A stretch of 64,000 nucleotides of DNA, taken from the NCBI GenBank assembly GCA_013360585.1, contig JABWBH010000027.1, positions 24,657-88,656 of the forward strand. Direction: 5' to 3'. The position numbers and the translations under genes were made by a program. The DNA comes from Phycisphaerae bacterium (GTDB lineage Bacteria > Planctomycetota > Phycisphaerae > UBA1845). Under the pieces are notes generated by a model. The model was not told the DNA's origin. It worked only from the letters and a program-made list of their open reading frames with translations, and searched no databases. Shown here one piece after another: positions 8,655-18,305 of the stretch. How positions within the stretch are numbered: the first letter of the stretch is position 1; each line of letters opens with the position of its first letter.

Positions 8655-10133
8655 ATGAGGTCGGGCTGGAAAGCGTCAAAAATGAGGCTGAACCCCGTGA
8701 CAGCGACGGCGTGGACCGGTCTTGTGATGATCGCGGGAATCTGCGGATGCGCGCCCGGTGGCGGAGGTGGCGACACGCTCAGGGTTACGGTTTCGGGCGG
8801 GCTGAACCGCATCGCATGCATCGGTGACTCGCTGACCCTGACGGCGGCGGCGTCAGGGGGGACGACGCCGCGCACCTTCCGGTGGTCGCAGGAGCGTGGA
8901 GCTGACGTGCTGGGGGACGCGGTCGTGACCGGATCGACGTTGACGACCGGCGCGTTCGCTGAGGAGGGGGAGTACTCGTTCCGCGTGCTGGTGACGGATT
9001 CGGACGGTGCGGTTGAGGATGCGTGGGTGCTGGTGCGCGTCGGACCTGAGGGCGGCTGCGACGAGGGATTTGAGGTCATCATCGACGGACCGGAGTCCGT
9101 CGGGTTTTCTGAGTCGGCGACGTTGACGGCATTTGCGGCGTCGGCGGGCGAGGTAGAGTTCTCGTGGGAGGTTCGGTCGGGATCGGCTGATCTGACCGCA
9201 ACCGAGGGCGCGAGCACGTCGTTTGAGGGGGCGTCGCTGGGGCGGGTGACGGTCCGGCTTACCGCGCGGGAAGCGGACACGGGCCTTACCGCAACGGCGG
9301 AGGCGAGCGTGGACGTCGTGCCGGCAATCACCGTGCAGAATCTGCATCTGCTGCGCATCGGAGACACGCTGAATATCGAGGCGACCGTTGAACCGCAGAC
9401 CGAGGGGGCGACGTTTGCGTGGACGGTGGAGGGGGGCCAGGCGGAACTTGTGAATGCGGACGCTGCCGAGGTGACGGTTTCGTCGGACGCGGCGGCGACC
9501 GCGACGCTGCGGATTGCGGTGACGGCGCCGGCGCAGTCCGGGGACGCCGAGACGGTGACGGCGACGCGGGATGTTTCCGTCGTCGTTGTTGCGGATTTTT
9601 CGCCGCGAGTCGTTCTTGAAACCGAGCTGGGCGACCTCGTGTTTGAGCTGGAGGGCGAGGCCGCGCCTCTGAACACCGCAAACTTCCTGCGCTACGTGGA
9701 CGAGGGATTCTACGACGGCGTGACGCTGCACCGGTACAGTTGCGAGCGCGACTTTCAGACGCAGGAATGCCGCCTGCCCTTCGTCATTCAGGGCGGCGGT
9801 TACACGGTCGGGGATGCGGGGCTGGAGTTGAAGGAGCCGACGCATGATCCGGTCCCGGGCGAGCAGGATAACGGACTGAGCAACACGCTGCACACGGTGG
9901 GGATGGCGCTGGCGTCGAACGATCCCGACACGGCGAGTACGCAGTTTTACATCAACCTCAACGATGAGAACGAACGTCTCGACGGGACGTTCACGGTCTT
10001 TGCCCGCGTCATATCAGGGACGGAGATCGTTGACGCGATCACCGAGTTGGAAACGCGGGCGGACCCGATCACCGGCGGGCGGGATGAGTTGCTGGTCGAT
10101 CCCGTGGTCATGTCCCGCGTTCGGCGGGAGTAA
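8655..10133 (+). CDS. cyclophilin-type peptidyl-prolyl isomerase lipoprotein with N-terminal Ig/PKD-like repeats
   Basis: SD caggagg precedes ATG 8655. Lipobox-like MIAGICGC. The C-terminal domain (LFELEGEAAPLNTANFLRYVDEGFYDGVTLHRY...FVIQGGGY...STQFYINL) matches cyclophilin PPIases. Confidence 0.85.
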   Translation: MRSGWKASKMRLNPVTATAWTGLVMIAGICGCAPGGGGGDTLRVTVSGGLNRIACIGDSLTLTAAASGGTTPRTFRWSQERGADVLGDAVVTGSTLTTGAFAEEGEYSFRVLVTDSDGAVEDAWVLVRVGPEGGCDEGFEVIIDGPESVGFSESATLTAFAASAGEVEFSWEVRSGSADLTATEGASTSFEGASLGRVTVRLTAREADTGLTATAEASVDVVPAITVQNLHLLRIGDTLNIEATVEPQTEGATFAWTVEGGQAELVNADAAEVTVSSDAAATATLRIAVTAPAQSGDAETVTATRDVSVVVVADFSPRVVLETELGDLVFELEGEAAPLNTANFLRYVDEGFYDGVTLHRYSCERDFQTQECRLPFVIQGGGYTVGDAGLELKEPTHDPVPGEQDNGLSNTLHTVGMALASNDPDTASTQFYINLNDENERLDGTFTVFARVISGTEIVDAITELETRADPITGGRDELLVDPVVMSRVRRE

Positions 10134-10168
10134 GCGCGGCGGACAGACTTGCGGCAGCATCAGGGAGG

Positions 10169-10834
10169 GTGGATTTGGCCGAGATCACCGGATTTGCGCT
10201 CCTGACGTTCTCGGCGGTATTCTTCGTCGTCGATCCTTTTGCGGTCATCCCGATGTTCCTGGCGGTGACCGCGGGGGACACCGCGGAGAAGAAGCGGAAG
10301 ACGGCGTTCCGTGCCGCGGGGGCCTGCACGATCACCCTGCTGACCTTCGCGCTGGCGGGCAGTCTGATCTTCAAGGTGTTCGGGGTGACGCTGGCGGCGT
10401 TCCGCATTGCGGGAGGCGTGCTTCTTTTTCTGATGGCGCTGGACATGCTTCGCGCGCAGCGTTCGCGGACGCGCAGCAGTCCGGAGGAAGAGCGCGAAGG
10501 CGTGATGAAGGAGGAGGTGGCGATCGTCCCGGTGGGGATTCCGATGCTCGCCGGACCGGGGTCGATCGCGACGGTCATCGTTTTGATGGGGCAGGCCGGC
10601 GGGTCGTGGGTGCGATCCGCGATCGTGCTGGCGAGTATTGCGGCGACGGGCGCGGCGACGTACCTGCTGCTGCGCAGCGCCGGGGTTCTGGAGCGGGCGT
10701 TGAAGCAGACGGGGCTGAACATTCTTAACCGTCTGATGGGCCTGATGCTGGCGGCGATGGCGGTGCAGTTCATCATTCTTGGGGTGAAGGAGGCGGTTCC
10801 GCAGGTGCTGGGTTCGACCGCAGTTTCCGGCTAA
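10169..10834 (+). CDS. MarC family (UPF0056) integral membrane protein
   Basis: 221 aa, multi-TM. N-terminal FFVVDPFAVIPMFLAVT and FRIAGGVLLFLMALDML blocks are typical of the MarC family. Confidence 0.85.
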   Translation: MDLAEITGFALLTFSAVFFVVDPFAVIPMFLAVTAGDTAEKKRKTAFRAAGACTITLLTFALAGSLIFKVFGVTLAAFRIAGGVLLFLMALDMLRAQRSRTRSSPEEEREGVMKEEVAIVPVGIPMLAGPGSIATVIVLMGQAGGSWVRSAIVLASIAATGAATYLLLRSAGVLERALKQTGLNILNRLMGLMLAAMAVQFIILGVKEAVPQVLGSTAVSG

Positions 10835-10934
10835 ATCAAGATTCACGAATGTGGAGCGCCCTCCGAGCCGCGGGCTTCAGCCCGCGCGAACGCTTGTTTC
10901 GCAGCGCGCCGCGGAACCGAGAATGACGATTTAG
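10831..10934. repeat. Repeat family B copy with ctaaatc/gatttag termini
   Basis: See 8449-8547. This copy overlaps the MarC stop codon. Confidence 0.85.
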
Positions 10935-10935
10935 T

Positions 10936-11062
10936 GTTCCGAGTTGCAGATTCGTTGCCCAACTCGGGATCGCGGACCTTCGGTCCGCACGGGCGGAGCA
11001 GGACTCCGTGCTTCTCATCAAATACAAAGCACTTATGACTCACCCCGCCAGGGAAGCGGTTG
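10936..11062. repeat. Repeat family C copy 2
   Basis: Aligns over its whole length with 4754-4875. It directly abuts the family B copy. Confidence 0.75.
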
Positions 11063-11481
11063 CGGTCATGATTGTAAGCCTTCGCGGCAACAAGTCTTGC
11101 GCTGCATGTGACAGGTCAGGTCGGAGAGGCTGGGGAGCCTCCCGTCCCAGCGGGGCCGAAACGAGGCGCCCCGCTCCGGGTTAATCTTGTCTAACGAAGC
11201 TTCTCGGACAGTCCGCGGGATCATTAATGTACGCGGAGGGAGACGAGAGCTGGTTGCGAGGTCGTGATCCGACGGGCGAAGCGCCATCGTCCGAGCGTCG
11301 CGGGCGTGGGGTAGGCCGGTGAGGCTTGGATCGCGGGCGGATGTTGCAGGCCTTGTCCGAAGGATCCGACCTCGCGGCCCTCTCGCAGAGATTCCCGGCG
11401 GAACTCGACGCCGTCCGGTACCGGGCTGGTCGGCGGCCTGGGTGATCGAGATCCGCCGTCGTCAAACGAGGAGGACACGCG

Positions 11482-11868
11482 ATGAAAAAGGTTCTGGCGG
11501 TCGTGGCGGTGGTCTTTGCGGTCGGGGTTTACGCGGAAAGCGCGTTCGGGCAGTGCGAGCGGCGCTGCCACCGCGCGGCCCGGGAAGGTCAGGCGGCGTG
11601 CGATGAGCAGTTGCAACAGCATCTGCGGCAGTGCGCCGCGGAATGCGGCGACAACCGCGAGTGCCTCGAGGCCTGTCGCGCGCGAGCGGAGCATGCGCAT
11701 CAGGAGTGCCTGGAGAACGTGCGCTGCAATTTCGGCTGCTGCGTAGGCGTGTGTGAAGGTCTCGAGCATTGCCGCCGCGAGTGCGCCGGCGACCGCCGGT
11801 GCTACCGCAGGTGCAAGCAGGGCGTGCTTGAGCGTGGTCAGCGCTGCCGCCGTGAGTGCGCGGCCTGA
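11482..11868 (+). CDS. small secreted Cys-rich protein
   Basis: SD gaggagg precedes the ATG. Signal peptide MKKVLAVVAVVFAVGVYAESAFG. About 20 Cys in a helical-looking, Arg/Glu-rich sequence (ECGDNRECLEACRARAEHAHQEC...). Confidence 0.55.
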   Translation: MKKVLAVVAVVFAVGVYAESAFGQCERRCHRAAREGQAACDEQLQQHLRQCAAECGDNRECLEACRARAEHAHQECLENVRCNFGCCVGVCEGLEHCRRECAGDRRCYRRCKQGVLERGQRCRRECAA

Positions 11869-11943
11869 TTCACGTAGGACTTGCAGGTCAGTCGAGGGAG
11901 GCCGGTTCGGGGGACCGGCCTCCGGTCTTGCGCCCCGGACCGA

Positions 11944-12103
11944 CAGGGCAACCGCATTCCGACTTCGAATCCGGGTGGCTTGGCCTGGCGTACTCACCTG
12001 GCCAAGCTACAGGAGCAGAACGCCCGCCTCTTCCGACCACGTGTCCGCTGCCGCGGACCCGTGCCGCCCGACATGCCGGCAGATCTCAGAATGCGGTTGC
12101 CTG
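11944..12103. repeat. Repeat family D copy 1 (MITE-like, ~160 bp, 16-nt terminal inverted repeats)
   Basis: Termini are cagggcaaccgcattc ... gaatgcggttgcc(c)tg. Aligns along its full length with 43892-44051. Confidence 0.8.
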
Positions 12104-12204
12104 CCCGGACCGGTCGTTCACGCCGTTACGAATTGCCTCCGCGGCGGTTTGCGTTCACACTTGGCGCGGGTTCGGATGTCGGCGTCCGGTCCGGAGCGTG
12201 CCTC

Positions 12205-13809
12205 ATGTACAAGTGGTTTCTGGTCGGGCGATATCTGCGCACCAAGCTGGTGGCGTTTTTCGCGATCTGCGCGGTCATGCTCTGCGTGGCGATGATGCTC
12301 GTCGTGCTCAGCGTGATGGGCGGTTTCCTCGACATGGTCAAGGAGCGATCGCGCGGGCTGCTGTCCGACCTGGTGGTGGACAACGGCTCGCTCCAGGGGT
12401 TTCCCTTCTACGAGGAGTTCACCGCGCACCTGAAGGAGAAGCATGCGGACCTCGTCGCGGCGGCGACGCCAGTGATCTACAACTACGGGGTGCTGCGCTC
12501 GCCGCGCAATTATTACACCAAGCCGGTGCGCGTGGTGGGCGTCCGGCTTGATGAGTACCGGACGGTCAACGACTTCGGCGCGAGCCTTTATTATGAACGC
12601 TACTACCCCGGCACGACGCACCTGGGTCCGCAGCAGCAGCCGCTGGCGGGCGTGGGCGAGGACAACAAGCTTCGGTTGCCGGACGAACTCGAGGCCGCGA
12701 ACCGAGCGTGGCGCGACCGCGAAACCGACCGGAGCGACGTGGCGACCTATCTGGCGCGGCCGTTTTCGGTGATCGGCGGCGACGAACGCGTGTTCGCCAC
12801 CGCGGCGGACACCGAGGATTTTCAGGATCTTCAGGCGGAGCCGGATCTGCGCCCCCGCTGGCACGGTGATCCGCGCCACGGGGTCATCATCGGCACCGAC
12901 GTGATCAATGACCGCACCGTCAGCGGCGGAACCCGGCGCTTCTTCAAGAAAGGCGAGGCGATGGTGCTGACGGTCATCCCGATGACGGCGTCGGGAGTCA
13001 CCAGCGCCGAAGGCATGCCTGCGTTGCCCGTCCGTTACGCCGACGACTCGCGCACCGGGGTCTACGAGATCGACAGCCTCTGCGTCTACGTGGATTTCAA
13101 TTACATTCAGGAGCAGCTCGCGATGAACGCGCAGACGCTGGACGACGGTACGGTCCAGCCGGCGCGGACATCGCAGATTCTCATCAGCCTCAAGCCCGGC
13201 GTGGACTATCGCGCCGCCCGCGAGACGATCGAGGAGACGTGGATCTCCTTCCGCGACTCCCTGTCGCTGGCGTTCGACGCCCCGGAGCAGGAGCTGCTTT
13301 CATTCGTGAAGGTGCAGACGTGGGAGCAGATGCAGGCCGGGTTCATCGCCGCCGTCGAGAAGGAGAAGAACCTGGTGACGGTGCTCTTCGGCGTCGTCAT
13401 GCTGGTTGCGGTGGTGCTGATCGGGCTGGTGTTCTGGATGATCGTGGAGAAAAAGACGAAGGACATCGGCGTCCTGAAATCGATGGGGGCGTCGAGTCCC
13501 GGGATCGCCGGGGTGTTCGTGGCCTACGCGGTGGCGATCGGGATCGTGGGGGCGGTGCTCGGGTCGATCGGCGGATCGGTGTTCGTGCATTACATCAACG
13601 AAGTGCAGGATCTGCTGGCGAGCATCAACCCAAGCTTCCGGGTCTGGAGTCCGGACGTGTACTCCTTCGACCGCATTCCGAACGTGGTCAAGACGCACGA
13701 CATTATCTGGATCAGCATCGCCGCGGTGGCGGCGTCGATCCTCGGGGCGCTGATCCCCGCGATTCACGCCAGTGCGGTCTGGCCGGTCCGGGCGCTGCGT
13801 TACGAGTGA
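12205..13809 (+). CDS. ABC transporter permease, FtsX/LolC/LolE-like
   Basis: N-terminus MYKWFLVGRYLRTKLVAFFAICAVMLCVAMMLVVLSVMGGF, a large periplasmic loop, then a C-terminal FtsX-type 3-TM bundle (KDIGVLKSMGAS...). I chose the ATG downstream of the family D repeat rather than the track start 11881. Confidence 0.8.
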   Translation: MYKWFLVGRYLRTKLVAFFAICAVMLCVAMMLVVLSVMGGFLDMVKERSRGLLSDLVVDNGSLQGFPFYEEFTAHLKEKHADLVAAATPVIYNYGVLRSPRNYYTKPVRVVGVRLDEYRTVNDFGASLYYERYYPGTTHLGPQQQPLAGVGEDNKLRLPDELEAANRAWRDRETDRSDVATYLARPFSVIGGDERVFATAADTEDFQDLQAEPDLRPRWHGDPRHGVIIGTDVINDRTVSGGTRRFFKKGEAMVLTVIPMTASGVTSAEGMPALPVRYADDSRTGVYEIDSLCVYVDFNYIQEQLAMNAQTLDDGTVQPARTSQILISLKPGVDYRAARETIEETWISFRDSLSLAFDAPEQELLSFVKVQTWEQMQAGFIAAVEKEKNLVTVLFGVVMLVAVVLIGLVFWMIVEKKTKDIGVLKSMGASSPGIAGVFVAYAVAIGIVGAVLGSIGGSVFVHYINEVQDLLASINPSFRVWSPDVYSFDRIPNVVKTHDIIWISIAAVAASILGALIPAIHASAVWPVRALRYE

Positions 13810-13883
13810 TCCGCGCGGGAACTTCCGGCGGAACCCCGCGTCGAACATCGGGTGCGGATCCGCGCCAACGCTCGGGAGACGTT

Positions 13884-14693
13884 ATGATGGAAGCCCAGCC
13901 GGGGGGATCATGTCGTACGATGACGGCGGCGCTGGTCGTGGTGCCGCTGGGCGCGATGGCGCTGGCGGGGCTGGCGTTGTTTAAGACGGCGTCCTCGTCC
14001 GAGTTGAACTCGAGACTCGCAACGGTGGACGCGCAATTGTCGCGGCTGGAGAAGGAGCTGGACGAAGTCCGGCGCGAGAACCGCGAGCTTCGGCGCGATC
14101 TGGACGCCCTGCAACGCACCGCGCCGCCGGAGGCGCAGCCCGCCGCCGAACCGCCGTCGCCCGTCCCCTCTTCCGCGTCCGTCGAGAACCCGGTGGAGAA
14201 GCCGGTCGAGAAGCCGAAACCAACCCCGTCGACGTCGCCGCTGGGACCGCCCCGTCAGCCTCCCGGAGACGTGCTCCCGCCGCGCCGACCCGGTGACCCC
14301 GCGCCGACCCCGCCGCAAGCGCCACAACCGAAACCCGACAAACCGGACGCCCCGGTCACCGGCGCCACGGGAACGCTGACGTTCCGGATTGAGTCGCTGC
14401 GTTGGATGAACCCTACCCGCCGTGACAAGTCGGATTGCCTGCTGGTGCGGTGCGCGATCACGAACACGGGCGCCGACCCGGTGAAGGTTCCGATCCTGAC
14501 GTTGGAGGAGCTGCGCGACGACGGAAAGCATCAGTCGCACGTCCCGACGGAGCATTGCCCGACCGGAGAGTTCCCCCCCGGCGACGAGATCGGACCGAAA
14601 GAAACCGAGATGCGCTCGGCAGGGTTCTTCGTTCCGAAGGCGTCGCGCTACCGGTTCAGGCTCGGCGACGGCGCCATCGACATCAACCCGTGA
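13884..14693 (+). CDS. hypothetical membrane-anchored coiled-coil / Pro-rich protein
   Basis: An internal ATG of track ORF 13239..14693, downstream of the permease stop. One TM helix (ALVVVPLGAMALAGLALF), a coiled coil, a Pro-rich linker and a small C-terminal domain. Confidence 0.55.
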   Translation: MMEAQPGGSCRTMTAALVVVPLGAMALAGLALFKTASSSELNSRLATVDAQLSRLEKELDEVRRENRELRRDLDALQRTAPPEAQPAAEPPSPVPSSASVENPVEKPVEKPKPTPSTSPLGPPRQPPGDVLPPRRPGDPAPTPPQAPQPKPDKPDAPVTGATGTLTFRIESLRWMNPTRRDKSDCLLVRCAITNTGADPVKVPILTLEELRDDGKHQSHVPTEHCPTGEFPPGDEIGPKETEMRSAGFFVPKASRYRFRLGDGAIDINP

Positions 14694-14879
14694 GACGGGA
14701 ATCCGGCGCGGAGGCGCGGTTCTCGTTGCTTCTTGAATTTCCCGTCATCGTAAGTCGCAACCTCGACGCACAGGCGCTGAGCCGACAGGCCCTTGTTTCC
14801 CGCGCGGTGCGGACCGGAGGCTTGCGATCCACGACGATGCGGGCGGATCTGAAAACGCTTCCTGACGGGTGCGAAGCGA

Positions 14880-15836
14880 TCATTCCTCGAGCGTCCACGC
14901 CGGCAGCACGCCACCTTCCGGGTTGGACTCATCCGGAACGAAGACCTCCTCGAGCGGGATCGACTCTTCCCCGCCGTCAACGCCGCCTGATGCCGTCAGC
15001 GTTCCGGTGATGCTCGTCCAGGTGATCGTCGAACCGTCTTCAGACACAACGCCGGTCGCCGTTCCCGTATAACGAGCGTCGCTGATCACCAGCAGACCGC
15101 TGACGCTCATTTCGACGGAGACATCGAACGCCCACGTGACCGCGCCGTCTTCAAAAGCCACGTCGAACGCGGTCAACTCGACGATGATGCCGAGCGTCCC
15201 GGACAGACCGAGGTCGCCGCCCTCGAAGTCCGCGCGGACGAGCGTTTGTGCCGTCCCGAGGGTTGCCGTGTCCGCCGCCACCTCCGCTTCGATCAGGAAG
15301 CTCGTACCGCCGCCGTCTCCCGTGTCGCCGCCGTCACCGCCGTCTTCGCCGCCGCCGAAGTCACCGAGTCCGCCCAGCAGGTTCAGCAGTGCGACCAGCC
15401 CGTCCAGCTCGTACCGCGCCTGCTGAAACTCTCCGGCGCTGGTCATCTCATATGTCGCGGGCACCAGCGCCAGGAGCGGGCTGACAAAGGGGTCGGCCTC
15501 GCTGCGCCAGGCGAATACGCGCGTGCAGCCGTCCGCGTCCACCTCGAGACCGGCAGGCGTGTCGGTGCAGGCGTCCGCGGCGTTACTGACACCGTCCTGA
15601 TCCGAGTCGAGCTGCGAGGGGGCGCAGCCGTCGGCGTCCACCGTCTCGCCCGCCGGCGTCACGGGACAGAGATCCGCATCGTTGGCGACGCCGTCGCCGT
15701 CAATATCTCGCGCGGAGGTCGAGCCGGCACTGTCGTCCACGCCGCCGGTCGGAGCACATCCCTCCGAAGCGACGAGCCCGAGGAGCAACACCGCGACAAA
15801 GGTCCGCCCGACAGGATTAACATTCATAAGACGCAT
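14880..15836 (-). CDS. lipoprotein with thrombospondin type-3-like Ca-binding repeats
   Basis: Lipobox LVASEGC. Repeated DxDxDGxxDxxDxC motifs (DIDGDGVANDADLC, DSDQDGVSNAADAC). Confidence 0.65.
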   Translation of the reverse strand: MRLMNVNPVGRTFVAVLLLGLVASEGCAPTGGVDDSAGSTSARDIDGDGVANDADLCPVTPAGETVDADGCAPSQLDSDQDGVSNAADACTDTPAGLEVDADGCTRVFAWRSEADPFVSPLLALVPATYEMTSAGEFQQARYELDGLVALLNLLGGLGDFGGGEDGGDGGDTGDGGGTSFLIEAEVAADTATLGTAQTLVRADFEGGDLGLSGTLGIIVELTAFDVAFEDGAVTWAFDVSVEMSVSGLLVISDARYTGTATGVVSEDGSTITWTSITGTLTASGGVDGGEESIPLEEVFVPDESNPEGGVLPAWTLEE

Positions 15837-16068
15837 GTTGGTTCATCTCTTGTGTAATCGCCCGTGCGACAGACGCGCGGCAGGACAGATTCGCCGCCGA
15901 CAGTGCCCGATGCGACTGAGCGGCCTGCTTATTGTCCAAATTCGAGGGGGCAACTGCAAGCCCCGGATCTGGACGGTGGAACCGTCGCAACCGCAAGGAA
16001 GGCCCCGGATGCACGAGTGCGACCGACGCCCGGACGGAGCCGGGAAGCCGCGCCTCTTGCGTCAGCCG

Positions 16069-18039
16069 TCATCTTCCCGGCTTTGGCGCCGCACCTTGAA
16101 GCTGCTGCAGCGCCTGCCGGTACTCGGGGTTGTCGGGCTCCAGTTCCGCGGCGCGGCGGATCGACTTCAGCGCCTCGGCGGGGCGGCGCAGGCTCAGAAG
16201 AACTACGGCGTGATGAGCGTGGGCTTTTGCGGAAGCGGGATCAAGACGGATCGCTTCCTGCACGGCGACGCAGGCCTCGTCCCAGTCACGCCTCGCCGCC
16301 AGCGCCAGCGAGAGGTTCAGGAACGCCCGGGGCAGCGGAGGCTCAATCTGCGTCGCGGCACGGTAGGCCAGGATCGCTTCGTCAAAGCGCTTCAGCTTTC
16401 CGAGAGCGTTGCCGAGGTTCGTCAGCGTGGCGGCGTCGCCCGGATTCCGTGACAACGCCGCTTGAAAGGCCTCCACGGCTTCGTCGAACCGCTCCTGTGC
16501 GAAAAGCGCCCGTCCGAGCAGAACATGGGCGCGGAAGGGTGTCGGCGTCGCGGGATCCCGACGCTCGAGAAGGTCGCGCAGCGTCTGCTCCGCTGCGGCG
16601 AAGTCGCCGAGGTTCAGTTGCGCCGCGGCGGCGGACATGCCGTCGATGGCGTCAAGGTTGTCCTTCGGATCGGGACCGTGAGGAGAGAAAAGACTGATCT
16701 CCGTCTCGCCCAGGTCTTCCACGCTGACGGATTCCGTCGACAGATACCCGAGCGCCTGCAACTGGCCGGCCACCTCCTCCGACGCGCCCTGCGCGCCGCG
16801 CCCCCGGTGAATTGGGCGGGTCGAAGCGATCAGGCGCCGCAGCTCGCTTCTCATCCCCGCGAGGCGGTTCGGATGCGCGGAGGCCAGGTTCTGAAGTTCT
16901 CCGGAATCCTGCGACAGATCGTACAACTCCGGTTGCGGGGCGTGGACGTACTTCCACCCGTTCATGTACAGGGCGCGAAGCTGCGAGTAACCGTAGCTGA
17001 ACCGGGGCAGGAACGTCTCGCTGTAGGCCGCCAGATTCAGATTCCCGCCTTCGATCAGCGGACGCAGACCGACCGCGTGCGGCGCGTCGAGCGGATCCAG
17101 TCCCGCCAGGTCCAGGAGCGTCGCCGCCACGTCGATCGTGCGCACCTGGGCCTCGATGCGACGCGGTTCGCTCGCGGGAGAGCGGATGATCAGCGGCACG
17201 CGCATCGTGGATTCGTAGATGAACGCGCCGTGCGTCTGCTCGCCGTGATCCCCCCGACCCTCGCCGTGGTCGGCCACAATCACCACGTGTGTCCGCGAGT
17301 CCAGACCCAGTTCGTCGAGAGCGCCCAGCAACCGTCCGATCTGAGCGTCGACGTGGGCGATCTCCGCAACATAAGGGTCGTCGAACCGCTCCCCGTGCGG
17401 CGCGGGCGCCTGATACGGATCATGCGGATCGAAGTAATGCACAAACAGGAAGAAGGGTTCGTGGGTCACGGTCTTCAGGAACTCGATCGCCAAGTCGCTC
17501 GTGACGGATCCGCAACGTTCCGCGCCCTGCCCCGGACCGTCCCGACCCGGAGCTGCACGCATGTCCACGTACTGGTCGAAACCCTGATCGAGTCCGAACT
17601 CGGCGTTGAGCACCGCCGCGGACAGGAACGCGGCGGTCCGATAGCCCGCGTCCGAGAATCGCTCCGCCACGGTCGTGAACTCCTCCGCGAGGGCGAACGC
17701 GCCGTTGTCGCGCACGCCGTGCTCGAAGGGGTACAGCCCGGTGAACAAGCTGGCGTGGGAAGGGGTCGTGAGGGGAACGCTCGACGTGCATCGCAGAAAC
17801 ACCGCTCCCCGCGCCGCCAGCGCATCGAGGTTCGGCGTCGCCCCGCCGCTGTGCCCGTAGCACCCGAGATGATCGGCGCGCGTGGTGTCCAGACTGATCA
17901 GCAGCACGCACGGCGCTTCAGGCGGGCGTAACGCCCACCACGCGCAGAGCGAGACCGCCGCCAGCGCGACCACCAAGGCGCTGATGCGGAGTACGCGCAC
18001 GTCAACCGAAACCAGTGTTGAATCGGGAGGCGGCGCCAT
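16069..18039 (-). CDS. sulfatase-like (alkaline phosphatase superfamily) hydrolase/transferase fused to C-terminal TPR repeats
   Basis: LISLDTTRADHLGCYG and PLTTPSHASLFTG blocks, then ADHGE. The C-terminal ~200 aa have a TPR-like periodicity. Confidence 0.8.
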   Translation of the reverse strand: MAPPPDSTLVSVDVRVLRISALVVALAAVSLCAWWALRPPEAPCVLLISLDTTRADHLGCYGHSGGATPNLDALAARGAVFLRCTSSVPLTTPSHASLFTGLYPFEHGVRDNGAFALAEEFTTVAERFSDAGYRTAAFLSAAVLNAEFGLDQGFDQYVDMRAAPGRDGPGQGAERCGSVTSDLAIEFLKTVTHEPFFLFVHYFDPHDPYQAPAPHGERFDDPYVAEIAHVDAQIGRLLGALDELGLDSRTHVVIVADHGEGRGDHGEQTHGAFIYESTMRVPLIIRSPASEPRRIEAQVRTIDVAATLLDLAGLDPLDAPHAVGLRPLIEGGNLNLAAYSETFLPRFSYGYSQLRALYMNGWKYVHAPQPELYDLSQDSGELQNLASAHPNRLAGMRSELRRLIASTRPIHRGRGAQGASEEVAGQLQALGYLSTESVSVEDLGETEISLFSPHGPDPKDNLDAIDGMSAAAAQLNLGDFAAAEQTLRDLLERRDPATPTPFRAHVLLGRALFAQERFDEAVEAFQAALSRNPGDAATLTNLGNALGKLKRFDEAILAYRAATQIEPPLPRAFLNLSLALAARRDWDEACVAVQEAIRLDPASAKAHAHHAVVLLSLRRPAEALKSIRRAAELEPDNPEYRQALQQLQGAAPKPGR

Positions 18040-18224
18040 TCCCCTATGCGCGACCGCCTGATGACCACTCTATGTAATAAGCTTAGCGACTTCATTGCAC
18101 TTTCGCAACCCGGACGTCTGTCGTTTCTTGCAATGAACCCTACTTACACCGCAGACGCACCGCGTGGACGCCCCCGACGCACCGCGTGGACGTCCCCGAT
18201 GTCCGCCACTGCACACCCTTACCG

Positions 18225-18305
18225 GACCGCGGACCTCCGGTCCGCACGGACGGAGCAGAGCTCCGCGCTCCTCATCCAATCAAAGAACGGATGACTCACC
18301 CCCAC
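18225..18305. repeat. Repeat family C copy 3 (partial, right arm only)
   Basis: accgcggacctccggtccgcacggacggagcagagctccgcgctcctcatcc... matches the right two-thirds of the other copies. Confidence 0.7.

Noticed and set aside
11224-11997. 257-aa minus-strand ORF covering the Cys-rich gene
   Set aside because: Ala/Arg-rich shadow frame with no translation signals. It runs into repeat element D.
18154-18197. Direct tandem duplication of a 22-nt unit (gacgcaccgcgtggacgYcccc, two copies)
   Set aside because: Only two copies, in an intergenic position, with no spacer architecture. It is not a CRISPR array or a recognisable operator, and is likely replication slippage.
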